A DNA stretch of 64,000 bases, from positions 279,299 to 343,298 of the forward strand of contig CAZQFB010000001.1 in the NCBI GenBank assembly GCA_964592525.1, read 5' to 3'. Made by a program: the position numbers and the translations under genes. This DNA comes from an uncultured Candidatus Saccharibacteria bacterium (lineage in GTDB: Bacteria > Patescibacteriota > WWE3 > CAZQFB01). The notes under the pieces are model-generated. The model did no database searches. It was not told the DNA's origin and saw only the letters and a list, made by a program, of their open reading frames with translations. This document shows positions 20,058-28,913 of the stretch, piece after piece (positions within the stretch are counted from its first letter, which is position 1; each line of letters starts with the position of its first letter).

Positions 20058-20919
20058 TCAAAAATGTGCAATTATTGTTCTTCACCCTGCAGCCAAAGAT
20101 CAGCGACAAAAAGACATTAATTATCAATATACGGCAAATTGTATCCAGTCGCTCTGTCAGTTTGAACCGGAAGTACCCGTGCTTATTGTTGATAATGGCT
20201 CACACGATTTACGGCTAGAAAACATCTGCCACCAGGTTGGTGGTGCTGTTGTGAGTTTAGAGGTACCACTAAGCTTTGCGGGGGCTAATAACTTTGGTTT
20301 TAGTCAGCTCAAGGATGCACAAGCGGTGTTGTTTTTGAACAATGATGTGTTACTGGTGGAAGCGTTGGTGGCTAAAATGCTGGTGGTTTTAACCAACCCA
20401 ACTGTTGGTATTGTGGGTCCGTTGACCAAAAACAGGTTGGGGCAAATTAATTATGCTGGGGGTTCCTTTAAGCGGGTAGTGGCGCGACCTAAAGAACTAA
20501 GCCAACCTGTGCTGTCTGTGCCTTATGCGGTTGATTATGTTTCCGGTTGTGCCTTGATGATTAGAGCCTCTTTATTTAGCTGTTTAGCTGGTTTTGACCC
20601 CTATTATTCTTTTGGTATGGAAGACGTTGATTTATGTAGAAGGGCAGCTGCTTTAAATTATGCGAGTATTATTGCTCCCACTATCTCGGTTATTCATTTG
20701 GGTGGTGGCGCCAGTGGTGGGTCAACGACGCCTTTAGTGATTGGGCAAATGCTCTCTGGTAACCTCTATTTAATAAAGAAACACTATTCCCGGTTGAACA
20801 GAATAATCCCTTATTTGTATTTAGTTTTTTTGACTATAAAAATAGGCTTAAAATCGGTTCAAGAGAAAAGATTGCGCACCATTTTACCCGTGCTCCGGGA
20901 GGCTTGGCAGGATAGATGA
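20050..20919 (+). CDS. GT2 family glycosyltransferase
   Basis: VDNGS, FAGANN, LFLNND, SGCALMI and EDVDLC motifs. Confidence 0.9.
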   Translation: MTSQKCAIIVLHPAAKDQRQKDINYQYTANCIQSLCQFEPEVPVLIVDNGSHDLRLENICHQVGGAVVSLEVPLSFAGANNFGFSQLKDAQAVLFLNNDVLLVEALVAKMLVVLTNPTVGIVGPLTKNRLGQINYAGGSFKRVVARPKELSQPVLSVPYAVDYVSGCALMIRASLFSCLAGFDPYYSFGMEDVDLCRRAAALNYASIIAPTISVIHLGGGASGGSTTPLVIGQMLSGNLYLIKKHYSRLNRIIPYLYLVFLTIKIGLKSVQEKRLRTILPVLREAWQDR

Positions 20920-21995
20920 AGATTCGGGCAGTCGTGATTGATGCCAGACCGTTAGAAGCACAGCCTACTGGTGTTGGGATTTATGTGCGGGGATTACTGC
21001 AAGGTTTTGAGGAAACGGTTTTACCTTTTGATATTATCTTATTCACTAAAACTCCTCTAGTTAAATCGTTTCATAACAAAAGGGTGAAAAACAAAGTACT
21101 TTCTGTGCCAGGTCCTTTTTGGCACTTAGCGGTGGTGTGGTACCTTCTGATTAACCGCGACTATCTTTTTCACGCTACGCATAGCTTGTTCATACCGATT
21201 ATCCTAGGTCAAAGAGCTGTTTTAACGGTTCACGATTTATCGGCTGTACTCCATCCCGAGTGGCATACATTGAAAGTTGTCATAATCAGCAAACTGTTTT
21301 TTTCTTGGTCGGTTAACAGAGCAGGCAAAGTGGTTTGTGATTCTCAAGCTACGTATCGAGAATTAATTCATTATTATCCTAAGCTTGTCCCCAAAGTGTC
21401 TGTGCTGTTTTTAGGAGTAGCGGTACCAGTATTACCGCTCTCTGGTCGACCCAAAAATTATGTGTTGTATCTTGGGACTTTAGAACCCAGAAAAAATTTA
21501 GAGATGTTACTGCGTGCCTATAAATTAGTCTTTGAGCGCTTGGGCAAAAAGACGCCAAAGTTACTGTTAGTGGGGGTTAAAGGATGGAGTATGGAGCATT
21601 TTCCCACTTTAATAACCTCTTTAGGTTTAGATAGTAAAGTTACCTGCCGAGGATATGTTAGCGAAGAAGAGAAGTGGTTATTGTTAAGTCAAGCCCGGTT
21701 ATTTGTTTATCCTTCCTGGTATGAGGGGTTTGGACTGCCGGTGTTGGAAGCTTTGGCAGTAGGTGTTCCGTCCATCGTTTCCGCGATACCTAGCTTGAGA
21801 GAAGTCGCTGGTGAAAATGCTTGGTATGTTTCACCGGCAGCCGAGGAAGATTGGGCTAGAATTTTAATTAAGTTGATTAAACAACCCGAGCTAGCCAGGC
21901 AATATTCAAAGTTAGGAGTATTATGGACTAAGCAATTTAGTTGGCAAGAGACGGCCAACAATACAATTAAGATGTATGAGCAAATCAATCACTAA
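20916..21995 (+). CDS. GT4 family (GT-B) glycosyltransferase
   Basis: TVHDL, GTLEPRKN and PSWYEGFGLPVLEA motifs. Confidence 0.92.
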   Translation: MKIRAVVIDARPLEAQPTGVGIYVRGLLQGFEETVLPFDIILFTKTPLVKSFHNKRVKNKVLSVPGPFWHLAVVWYLLINRDYLFHATHSLFIPIILGQRAVLTVHDLSAVLHPEWHTLKVVIISKLFFSWSVNRAGKVVCDSQATYRELIHYYPKLVPKVSVLFLGVAVPVLPLSGRPKNYVLYLGTLEPRKNLEMLLRAYKLVFERLGKKTPKLLLVGVKGWSMEHFPTLITSLGLDSKVTCRGYVSEEEKWLLLSQARLFVYPSWYEGFGLPVLEALAVGVPSIVSAIPSLREVAGENAWYVSPAAEEDWARILIKLIKQPELARQYSKLGVLWTKQFSWQETANNTIKMYEQINH

Positions 21996-23232
21996 GTATC
22001 TGATCTATTCTATTTGGGGGGCGGCTTTATTAGGTCAGTTGGGTCGTCTACCACTGGGCAATCAATATATTAATGTCTATTTGACTGAAGTCTTAGTGGC
22101 AATATTGATACTGACTTTTCTGCTCACTCTGCCCTTGTCCAGAGCGTTAAAGATTAGGCTGCCCCAGTCGTACCAGTTTTTATTTGTTTTTATGAGTTTA
22201 GCTTTTTTTTCGCTATTGGTTAGTAGTGCAACTTTATCTCTAAAGCAGACTCTTGCCAGTGCTTTATATCTGTTTCGTTTTGTGGCTTATGTGGGGCTTG
22301 GCTTGATCACCTATAATCTTGTCAGCAGTGAGCCGGCCAAAAAACAAGGTTTACGGCTTTTGGAAATGACGCGTTTTGTGGTGGTGATCAGTTTATTGCT
22401 TGGCTTGATTGGGTTAGTGCAACTTGTTGTACTACCAGATTTTACTAATTTAGACCCCGCTTGGGGTTGGGATCCGCACCAAAACCGCTTGGCGGCAACT
22501 TTTTTGGACCCCAACTTTTTAGGTGCTTTTTTAGTGATTGGTTTTGGTTTGACTTTTAGTTATCTGATTTCAGGTTGGTCTTTGTTTTCCAGAAAAGTAG
22601 ATGGTCTTATCTGCATAATATTAAGTGTTTTTGTTGTACTTACTTTCTCAAGAAGTGCGTATCTGATGGTGGCTGTGGTAGTCGGATTACTTGGCATTTT
22701 AAAAACTTGGAAGATGCTACCTTTAGCGGTTGGGGTGTTTTTGCTAGCGTACCTAATGGTGCCAAGGGTGCAGACGAGAATTGCTGGGGGGGTTGATCCT
22801 GATGATTCAGCTCGGGCGCGTATCGTATCATGGTCACGCACGATTGCGGTGATCAAGAACCACCCTTTAACTGGGGTTGGTTTTAACTCCTTACGTTATG
22901 AAAATGCCAAAAGAGGCTATTTTGATAAAAGTAATCCTTGGGGAGGAAGGTCTGGTTCGGGGTCAGACAGTGGTCTTTTATTTGTGTGGGCAACTACGGG
23001 TTTAGGTGGGGTGTTGGCCTTTGCTCTTTTTCTAGCTCATGGGATCTTTTTAAGTTTTCAGAGTTATTGGCGTCACCGAGCATCAATTGAGGGGGTGTTT
23101 TTTTTAGGTAGTGGGGTTTGTTTACTGGCTTTGCTAGTGCAATCAAATTTTATTAATTCACTTTTTTATCCTTGGTTGATGATCTGGTATCTTCCATTTA
23201 TGGCTTTGGTGTCTTGTGATGTTCAAGAGTAG
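21976..23232 (+). CDS. O-antigen ligase/Wzy_C-like membrane protein
   Basis: RLAATFLDPN, LTFSRS and HPLTGVG motifs; many TMs. Confidence 0.82.
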   Translation: MSKSITKYLIYSIWGAALLGQLGRLPLGNQYINVYLTEVLVAILILTFLLTLPLSRALKIRLPQSYQFLFVFMSLAFFSLLVSSATLSLKQTLASALYLFRFVAYVGLGLITYNLVSSEPAKKQGLRLLEMTRFVVVISLLLGLIGLVQLVVLPDFTNLDPAWGWDPHQNRLAATFLDPNFLGAFLVIGFGLTFSYLISGWSLFSRKVDGLICIILSVFVVLTFSRSAYLMVAVVVGLLGILKTWKMLPLAVGVFLLAYLMVPRVQTRIAGGVDPDDSARARIVSWSRTIAVIKNHPLTGVGFNSLRYENAKRGYFDKSNPWGGRSGSGSDSGLLFVWATTGLGGVLAFALFLAHGIFLSFQSYWRHRASIEGVFFLGSGVCLLALLVQSNFINSLFYPWLMIWYLPFMALVSCDVQE

Positions 23233-24643
23233 TTACAGCTTAGCAATTGGGTTAGTGGTGGTTGGATCATTCTTATTATTTAGCGTGTTTTCGGTTTCAA
23301 ACCACTTAAATTATCGTAGTGCTGCTTTTGATTTAGGTATCTTTGATCAAGCGGTGTGGCAGTATGCTCAATTTAAATTGCCTTACTCCAGTTTAAAACA
23401 AAACCTGCTGTGGGCCGACCACTTTTCACCTTTGTTGGCAATATTCGCTCCGTTGTATTGGCTTTGGTCCAATCCGATTATGTTGTTAGTGGCACAAGCA
23501 GCGATCGTGTCGCTTTCTATTTTGCCCTTTTTCTGGCTTTGTCGCTGGTTACTGCCTTTATCTAATAAGTTGGGAGTTTTGGTTTACCCACCCTTGGTTC
23601 TAAGTTATGTTGGCTTTATTGGCATTCAACAGGCTATTGGCTTTGATTTTCATGAAACCACTATCTTGGTTTTACCTTTGATGTTCTTGTTCTATGCTTA
23701 CTTTACTGATAAGTCTAAGCTTTTCTGGGGTATGGTGGTGTTGGTTTTACTAGTTAAGGAAGAAACACCGTTATTACTTATCTTTCTTGCTTTTTATGAT
23801 CTACTCGTTAAAAGAAGAGTTCAGAGAGGGATTATTCTATTGAGTATTGCCTTAGTTTATTTTCTGTTCGTTTCTTTTGTAGTTATGCCTTGGCTAGGGA
23901 GTGCTATGCCGGCTGGTGGTTATATTGATGCCTATCAATTGGGTCGTACCCCGAGAGAAATGATGCAATTTACGCTTGCTCAACCGTTCGAGGTTAGTCA
24001 ATTGTTATTTAATGAGCCCATTAAAAGAGATACTTGGTGGGTATCGCTTGCCTCTTTTGGTTTTTTACCTTTAATGAGCGGTTTTTCTCTAGTCGCTTTA
24101 CCTGTATATTTGGCGAGATTTTTATCCGTTACTGAACTTAGGTGGGCTATGCAGTTTCACTACTGGGCACCGGTAGCACCACCTTTGGCAGTAGCAACGG
24201 TGCTGGGTATTTTAAGAATTTCGGGGTGGGTGGAAAGATGTCTGCACCTCAAAAAACAGTTAGCCAGTATTGGATTATCATTGGGGGTACTAGTTTGTTC
24301 GCTGTTAATTTGGTTTTATTACCGACCGTTTGTTGTGTCTTATAAACTGACACCAACCGAGTTGCGGGTAGTAGATGAAATTTCGGCTATATTGTCTCTA
24401 ATCCCTCCGGAAGCTTCGGTTAGTGCCCAATCACCTCTGGTACCACATTTGAGTCGGCGAATGGGGATCTACCTTTTCCCCAATTTTAGTCAACAAGCGG
24501 AATATGTTATCTTGTCGCTGGATCGAACCAGCTACCCCTTGCATTTTGATGAGTTGGAAGAAACCCTGGCACATTTAAAGAAAGACGTTAACCATAGTTT
24601 AATTGCCCACTATGGCAATACCTACCTATTTAAAAAACGCTAG
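23216..24643 (+). CDS. DUF2079-like GT-C fold membrane protein
   Basis: FDLGIFDQ, DHFSP, FDFHE, VKEE and PHLSRR motifs. Confidence 0.75.
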   Translation: MMFKSSYSLAIGLVVVGSFLLFSVFSVSNHLNYRSAAFDLGIFDQAVWQYAQFKLPYSSLKQNLLWADHFSPLLAIFAPLYWLWSNPIMLLVAQAAIVSLSILPFFWLCRWLLPLSNKLGVLVYPPLVLSYVGFIGIQQAIGFDFHETTILVLPLMFLFYAYFTDKSKLFWGMVVLVLLVKEETPLLLIFLAFYDLLVKRRVQRGIILLSIALVYFLFVSFVVMPWLGSAMPAGGYIDAYQLGRTPREMMQFTLAQPFEVSQLLFNEPIKRDTWWVSLASFGFLPLMSGFSLVALPVYLARFLSVTELRWAMQFHYWAPVAPPLAVATVLGILRISGWVERCLHLKKQLASIGLSLGVLVCSLLIWFYYRPFVVSYKLTPTELRVVDEISAILSLIPPEASVSAQSPLVPHLSRRMGIYLFPNFSQQAEYVILSLDRTSYPLHFDELEETLAHLKKDVNHSLIAHYGNTYLFKKR

Positions 24644-25425
24644 TCTTTTTCTTGATACGTGACATGGATGGTTTGACTCACCTCATTACCAGCTTCATCT
24701 ACTGCTTTAACGAGTATTTCATTTTCTCCATTCTTGTGGAGGGACAATTTAAGCACAAAGCTGCCATCACTTTTAACGATGGCTCGGTTATCATTAACAG
24801 TCAGTTCAACCTCGGTTGGTTCAACAGTGCCTTCAATAGTAATGGTTCTTTGCTCGTTACCGGAAAAAACAGTGCCTTCCTCTGGAGCATTAATAGTCAG
24901 AAGCGGATCATTTTCAATCCTAGCCACATTGAATACTGTTGATTTTTGGCTAACGTTACCTTGGGCGTCACTGGCCGTTGCATAAAATTTGTTATCTCCA
25001 GACTCGAGGGATAGGCCGATGAAGTTAAACTCGCCTTGGTTATTGGCAAAAGTTTTTTCTGTTTCTGCTTCGTTGTGATATAAAAAAACCTCACTTTGTG
25101 GTTCGGCGCTACCGGAAAGATTAATTTGTGAATCATTAGTTGCTCTCGGTGGCTCGGTAAATTGAGGTGCTGTGGGTGGTATTAAATCTTCGCCGGAAGG
25201 GGTAATTGGGGTGCTGACTTCTCGACCAAGAAGTCGCCAAAAGGTGTCAATATTAGCTAACAGCGTGAGACCCCCAAACCATAAAACTGCCAAAATAGCC
25301 GTGCTACCTAAAACATAGAAAAGTAATTGTTTACGGTAGTAACGATCTTGTTTGAAACGGCTGTACGAGCGAGGAGTATAATACTTACCGCTTCCTTTTT
25401 TGGGTCTGGTAGAGTTAGGGATCAT
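24640..25425 (-). CDS. Membrane-anchored protein with two Ig-like (Big) domains
   Basis: TM followed by two beta-rich repeats ending A.D.GN. Confidence 0.72.
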   Translation of the reverse strand: MIPNSTRPKKGSGKYYTPRSYSRFKQDRYYRKQLLFYVLGSTAILAVLWFGGLTLLANIDTFWRLLGREVSTPITPSGEDLIPPTAPQFTEPPRATNDSQINLSGSAEPQSEVFLYHNEAETEKTFANNQGEFNFIGLSLESGDNKFYATASDAQGNVSQKSTVFNVARIENDPLLTINAPEEGTVFSGNEQRTITIEGTVEPTEVELTVNDNRAIVKSDGSFVLKLSLHKNGENEILVKAVDEAGNEVSQTIHVTYQEKD

Positions 25426-25558
25426 ACTTGCATTATAGAATTTTTTAAGCTCAAGTCCAAATGGGGTGGGGGTTTTGATAAAATTACTTGGTGGCTAGGT
25501 TAGCTTGTGGGTCTTGACCTATTGTCAAGTAGGAAACCTCTGTTCCAAACAGCTCTTA

Positions 25559-25612
25559 GCCATGGTAGCTTTGTGGTACCTGCCTGCCGTTAGGCAGGGA
25601 GCAACCGCTTCG
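25559..25612 (+). pseudogene. 5' half of a decayed tRNA-Thr with a 20-nt hairpin inserted in the D-loop
   Basis: GCCATGG TAGCTTTGTGGTA [insert] GAGCAACCGCTTCG aligns to the intact tRNA-Thr 11 nt downstream. Confidence 0.72.
25579..25598. repeat. Short palindromic insertion element CCTGCCTGCCGTTAGGCAGG
   Basis: CCTGCCT/AGGCAGG stem; removing it restores TGGTA-GAGC of the tRNA D-arm exactly. Confidence 0.75.
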
Positions 25613-25623
25613 CCCTCCGTCAT

Positions 25624-25695
25624 GCCGAGATAGCTCAGTGGTAGAGCAACCGCTTCGTAAGCGGTAGGTCGTGAGTTCAACCCTCACTCTCGGCT
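25624..25695 (+). tRNA. tRNA-Thr(CGT)
   Basis: GCCGAGA/TCTCGGC acceptor, ACCGC-TTCGTAA-GCGGT anticodon arm, GTGAG-TTCAACC-CTCAC T arm. Confidence 0.95.
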
Positions 25696-25701
25696 CATAA
25701 A

Positions 25702-26457
25702 ATGTATCCTTCTGTAGTACCAGTTTGGAAAAGAGTTGGACAATCAACTCATCAACTAGCTATTCAATTAGCATCAAAGTACCGAGTAAAAGCGGCTCAT
25801 ACTGGTATTTTAGATCCTTTAGCGGAAGGAGTGGTGGTGGTTTTGTTAGGGGAAGAACGATTTTTAAAGGCTTACTATAAGAATTCGCGCAAGGTTTACG
25901 AAACGACTCTTTTACTAGGAGTGTCCACGGATACACATGACTTGTTAGGTATGGTGACTAAGTTTTATATGCGTCAGACCACTTGTGCTGAAATAGATTT
26001 GGCCTTTCAGCGTTTTCTGGGTGAGAGCATGCAGATTCCGCCAGCTTTTTCTGCCATTTCCGTGGCGGGTAAAAGGTTATTCCAACATTACCGAGAGGGT
26101 TCTTTTGAAAAATTAAGTATTGCTCCCCGAAAAGTACGTGTTGATTCTGTAGTGGTTCATGGTCTGGAAGGGATTTCTAAAGACGAGCTGATAGCTAGAG
26201 TGCGACAAACGGTTGTTAAGGTGAGCGGAGATTTCCGACAACCCCTGATTATGGAAAAATGGGAACAGGTTTTTAAACAATTACCAGACCAATTGTCTCT
26301 AGCTCATTTGACGGTGACTACTGGTCCTGGGGTTTATATTAGGGGTTTGGTTAGAGATGCAGGTAAATATCTCCAGCTTCCTTTAGTGGTTTATGCTTTA
26401 GTCCGAACTGAAAATGCCTCTTTTGTGAAACAGGATTGTATCGAGCTTGATTATTGA
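25702..26457 (+). CDS. truB: tRNA pseudouridine(55) synthase-like
   Basis: HTGILDPLAEG (catalytic Asp), STDTHD, QIPPAFSAI..GKRL and GVYIRGLVRD motifs; no PUA domain. Confidence 0.82.
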   Translation: MYPSVVPVWKRVGQSTHQLAIQLASKYRVKAAHTGILDPLAEGVVVVLLGEERFLKAYYKNSRKVYETTLLLGVSTDTHDLLGMVTKFYMRQTTCAEIDLAFQRFLGESMQIPPAFSAISVAGKRLFQHYREGSFEKLSIAPRKVRVDSVVVHGLEGISKDELIARVRQTVVKVSGDFRQPLIMEKWEQVFKQLPDQLSLAHLTVTTGPGVYIRGLVRDAGKYLQLPLVVYALVRTENASFVKQDCIELDY

Positions 26458-28064
26458 GTTAATTTATTTAGACCCTGTAGAGCCTTTTGATCTTGCGGGT
26501 TAAGTTCTAATGCCTTGCGGAAGGCTGTTTTAGCTTCTTCCAGTTTTCCTGTTTGCGCTAACATAATGCCATAATTAGTTAGTAGCACAGGGTTACTGGG
26601 GTTGATAGAGATAGCGGTGGCAATGGCATTTAATGCTTGCTCCCTATCGCCCAGCTCAAAATAAACAGTTGCTAGGTTTTGGTAGGATTGCCAAAGGGAT
26701 GGTTTCAAGCGCACGGCTGCTTGGTAAAAATTGACAGCTTCCGCCCGGTTTCCTAATTGATGTAAAGTATTAGCCAAATTGTGGTAGGCTTCGGCATAGT
26801 TAGGTTGGAGTTCAATGGCCTTTCGGAATTCTTGTGCTGCTTGGGGCAGGTCGCCGTGTCGAGAATAAACATCCCCAAGGTTATTTCGGGCATTGGGACT
26901 GTTTTGAGAGACTTTGGCGGTGGCTACCCATAAAGTATCCTCATTTTGCCAATCCTGGTTTCTCACTATGGTTCTCATCAGTAAAGCTAAAATTACTATC
27001 GTAGCTAGGGTGTAGATAATCTCGTTATTGTATTTGTCCAAACCCAATTTGGTTAACCAGGCAAGAACATAAACCAAACCGATTAGAGACAAGTAGACAT
27101 ACCTTTCGGCGACAATCCAGGATACACCAAATGGGGTTAGCGTGGGGAGTAAAGCGATAATAAACCAGCTAAAGCCAAAGAAAACGTGTTTGTTCTTTTT
27201 AAAGCCCAGTATTAATGTGGTTAAGAAAGTACCAGTTATTCCCGCTAAAAGCCAAAACTGACCCCACGTAAATTTTAGTTCGGATTGATAAAGAGTTAAT
27301 TTTTGTGGCCAGATGGCTAATTTGAGGTAGGAGGAAACGGCGACGGGGATTTGCACCAGGGGGTTGGATGGCCCCGGAGGTGTAGGGCTGGTGTTAACTA
27401 AAGCTAACCTCTCATCTAGCTGCTGGTATAGCTCTAAGGATTTTAGTGCGGAGATGACAAAATAGGGAGAGATGTAGGTCCAGTGATTTTTGAGATTGCC
27501 AAAAGACATTTCCGAGACAACTATGAGTAGCGGTAAAATAATAGCCTTTTCACTGGTGGTTAAGGCTAAGATGAAAGCGATAAGTGACCAGTACCAATAT
27601 TTTCGTTGTTGGTGGTTTAAAAAGTAGCGAAACAGTAAAAAACTAAGCAACAGAAAAAAAGAGTATTGAGTATAAATGCCCCCCGATATCCAGCTAACCG
27701 ATTCGGTGAGCAGTGGATGGGTGGCATAAACCAGACTACTAATGATAGCTGGTCGTTGTCCAAACACTTCTGCTAAGAAGCTATATAGTAATAAAACAAC
27801 ACCAGTATGAAAAAAGAGGTTAATAATTCGATAATGAGCTGGAGTGGCTTCAAACAGAATAGTGACTAGATTAAAAAGTGTTGTTCGGGCAAAAAATAGG
27901 GGCCTTTCCAAGATATATTCCCAAGTTCCCAGAAGCTCGTTTTTTGCAATGGTGGGAACATCATCAGAAACATAGGCATTGTCTAGCGAAGTATAATAGC
28001 TAAGCGCTACTATTAATATTAGTAAGAGAAGGTACCAGCGGTGAGTTTCCAGAAATGCTCTCAT
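26451..28064 (-). CDS. TMTC-like GT-C membrane protein with C-terminal TPR repeats
   Basis: SDD, HPLLTESVSWISG, AERYVY and RNQDW motifs, then about 4 TPRs. Confidence 0.85.
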   Translation of the reverse strand: MRAFLETHRWYLLLLILIVALSYYTSLDNAYVSDDVPTIAKNELLGTWEYILERPLFFARTTLFNLVTILFEATPAHYRIINLFFHTGVVLLLYSFLAEVFGQRPAIISSLVYATHPLLTESVSWISGGIYTQYSFFLLLSFLLFRYFLNHQQRKYWYWSLIAFILALTTSEKAIILPLLIVVSEMSFGNLKNHWTYISPYFVISALKSLELYQQLDERLALVNTSPTPPGPSNPLVQIPVAVSSYLKLAIWPQKLTLYQSELKFTWGQFWLLAGITGTFLTTLILGFKKNKHVFFGFSWFIIALLPTLTPFGVSWIVAERYVYLSLIGLVYVLAWLTKLGLDKYNNEIIYTLATIVILALLMRTIVRNQDWQNEDTLWVATAKVSQNSPNARNNLGDVYSRHGDLPQAAQEFRKAIELQPNYAEAYHNLANTLHQLGNRAEAVNFYQAAVRLKPSLWQSYQNLATVYFELGDREQALNAIATAISINPSNPVLLTNYGIMLAQTGKLEEAKTAFRKALELNPQDQKALQGLNKLTQ

Positions 28065-28131
28065 GAAAATATTCTAACTTATTTCATAAATAGTAGTTGA
28101 AAAAAGGTTGGTTGTCAGGCACACTTTCAGA

Positions 28132-28731
28132 ATGGCTTTCCATTACAACCTGATTGAAATAATACAAGCGGTAGGCTATCTGGGTTTAACCTTCATTGTC
28201 TTTGCCGAGTCGGGTTTGTTTTTTGGTTTTTTCCTGCCAGGGGATAGTTTACTGTTTACAGCGGGTTTTTTGGCGTCGCAGGGTTTTTTTAGTGTTTGGT
28301 GGTTGCTAATTATCTTAATGTTGGCAGCTATTGCTGGGGATAGTACGGGTTATTGGATGGGTAAAAAGTTTGGGGGCTGGTTAATGAAGCGTCCAGACAA
28401 TTTCTTCTTTCAGAAAAAATATATTTACCAAGCCGAAAATTTCTACGCTAAACACGGCGGCAAGGCTATTGTGTTAGCGCGCTTTGTTCCCGTGGTGCGT
28501 ACCTTTGTGCCGATCGTGGCCGGTATTGCTCGTATGGAATACTCCAAATTCGTGAGCTTTAATGTTTTTGGCGGTATCTTTTGGGTCGCTTTGATGGTTT
28601 TACTGGGTTATTTTCTAGGGAATGCTATTCCGAACGTGGATAAATATTTAATTCCCATTATTGGGGTAATTATCCTTCTATCTATACTACCCGGCTTATA
28701 CCACTTTTGGTTAGAGAAGCGTAAGGCTTGA
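28132..28731 (+). CDS. dedA: DedA family membrane protein
   Basis: FAESGLFFGFFLPGDSLLF and ARFVPVVRT motifs. Confidence 0.92.
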   Translation: MAFHYNLIEIIQAVGYLGLTFIVFAESGLFFGFFLPGDSLLFTAGFLASQGFFSVWWLLIILMLAAIAGDSTGYWMGKKFGGWLMKRPDNFFFQKKYIYQAENFYAKHGGKAIVLARFVPVVRTFVPIVAGIARMEYSKFVSFNVFGGIFWVALMVLLGYFLGNAIPNVDKYLIPIIGVIILLSILPGLYHFWLEKRKA

Positions 28732-28913
28732 ATTAACAGAACATTTAATTACCCATTACCAACTACAGGTTTGTTATTGCTGTGGGTTAAGCAGCGCTTT
28801 ATTTGCTCATATTACTATTAATATGCGTTTTCACGTCCCACTTGCAATAATACTATAAGTTTGGTATATAGAAGAGTAGTTTCGCAACTGAACAATTCAG
28901 AAAGGAGTTGGAC

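Noticed and set aside
25599-25612. attL/attR-type tRNA duplication from an integrated island
   Set aside because: The duplicated parts are 5' halves lying 11-17 nt from the intact gene with different acceptor stems and no cargo or integrase; island scars are usually identical 3' ends far away
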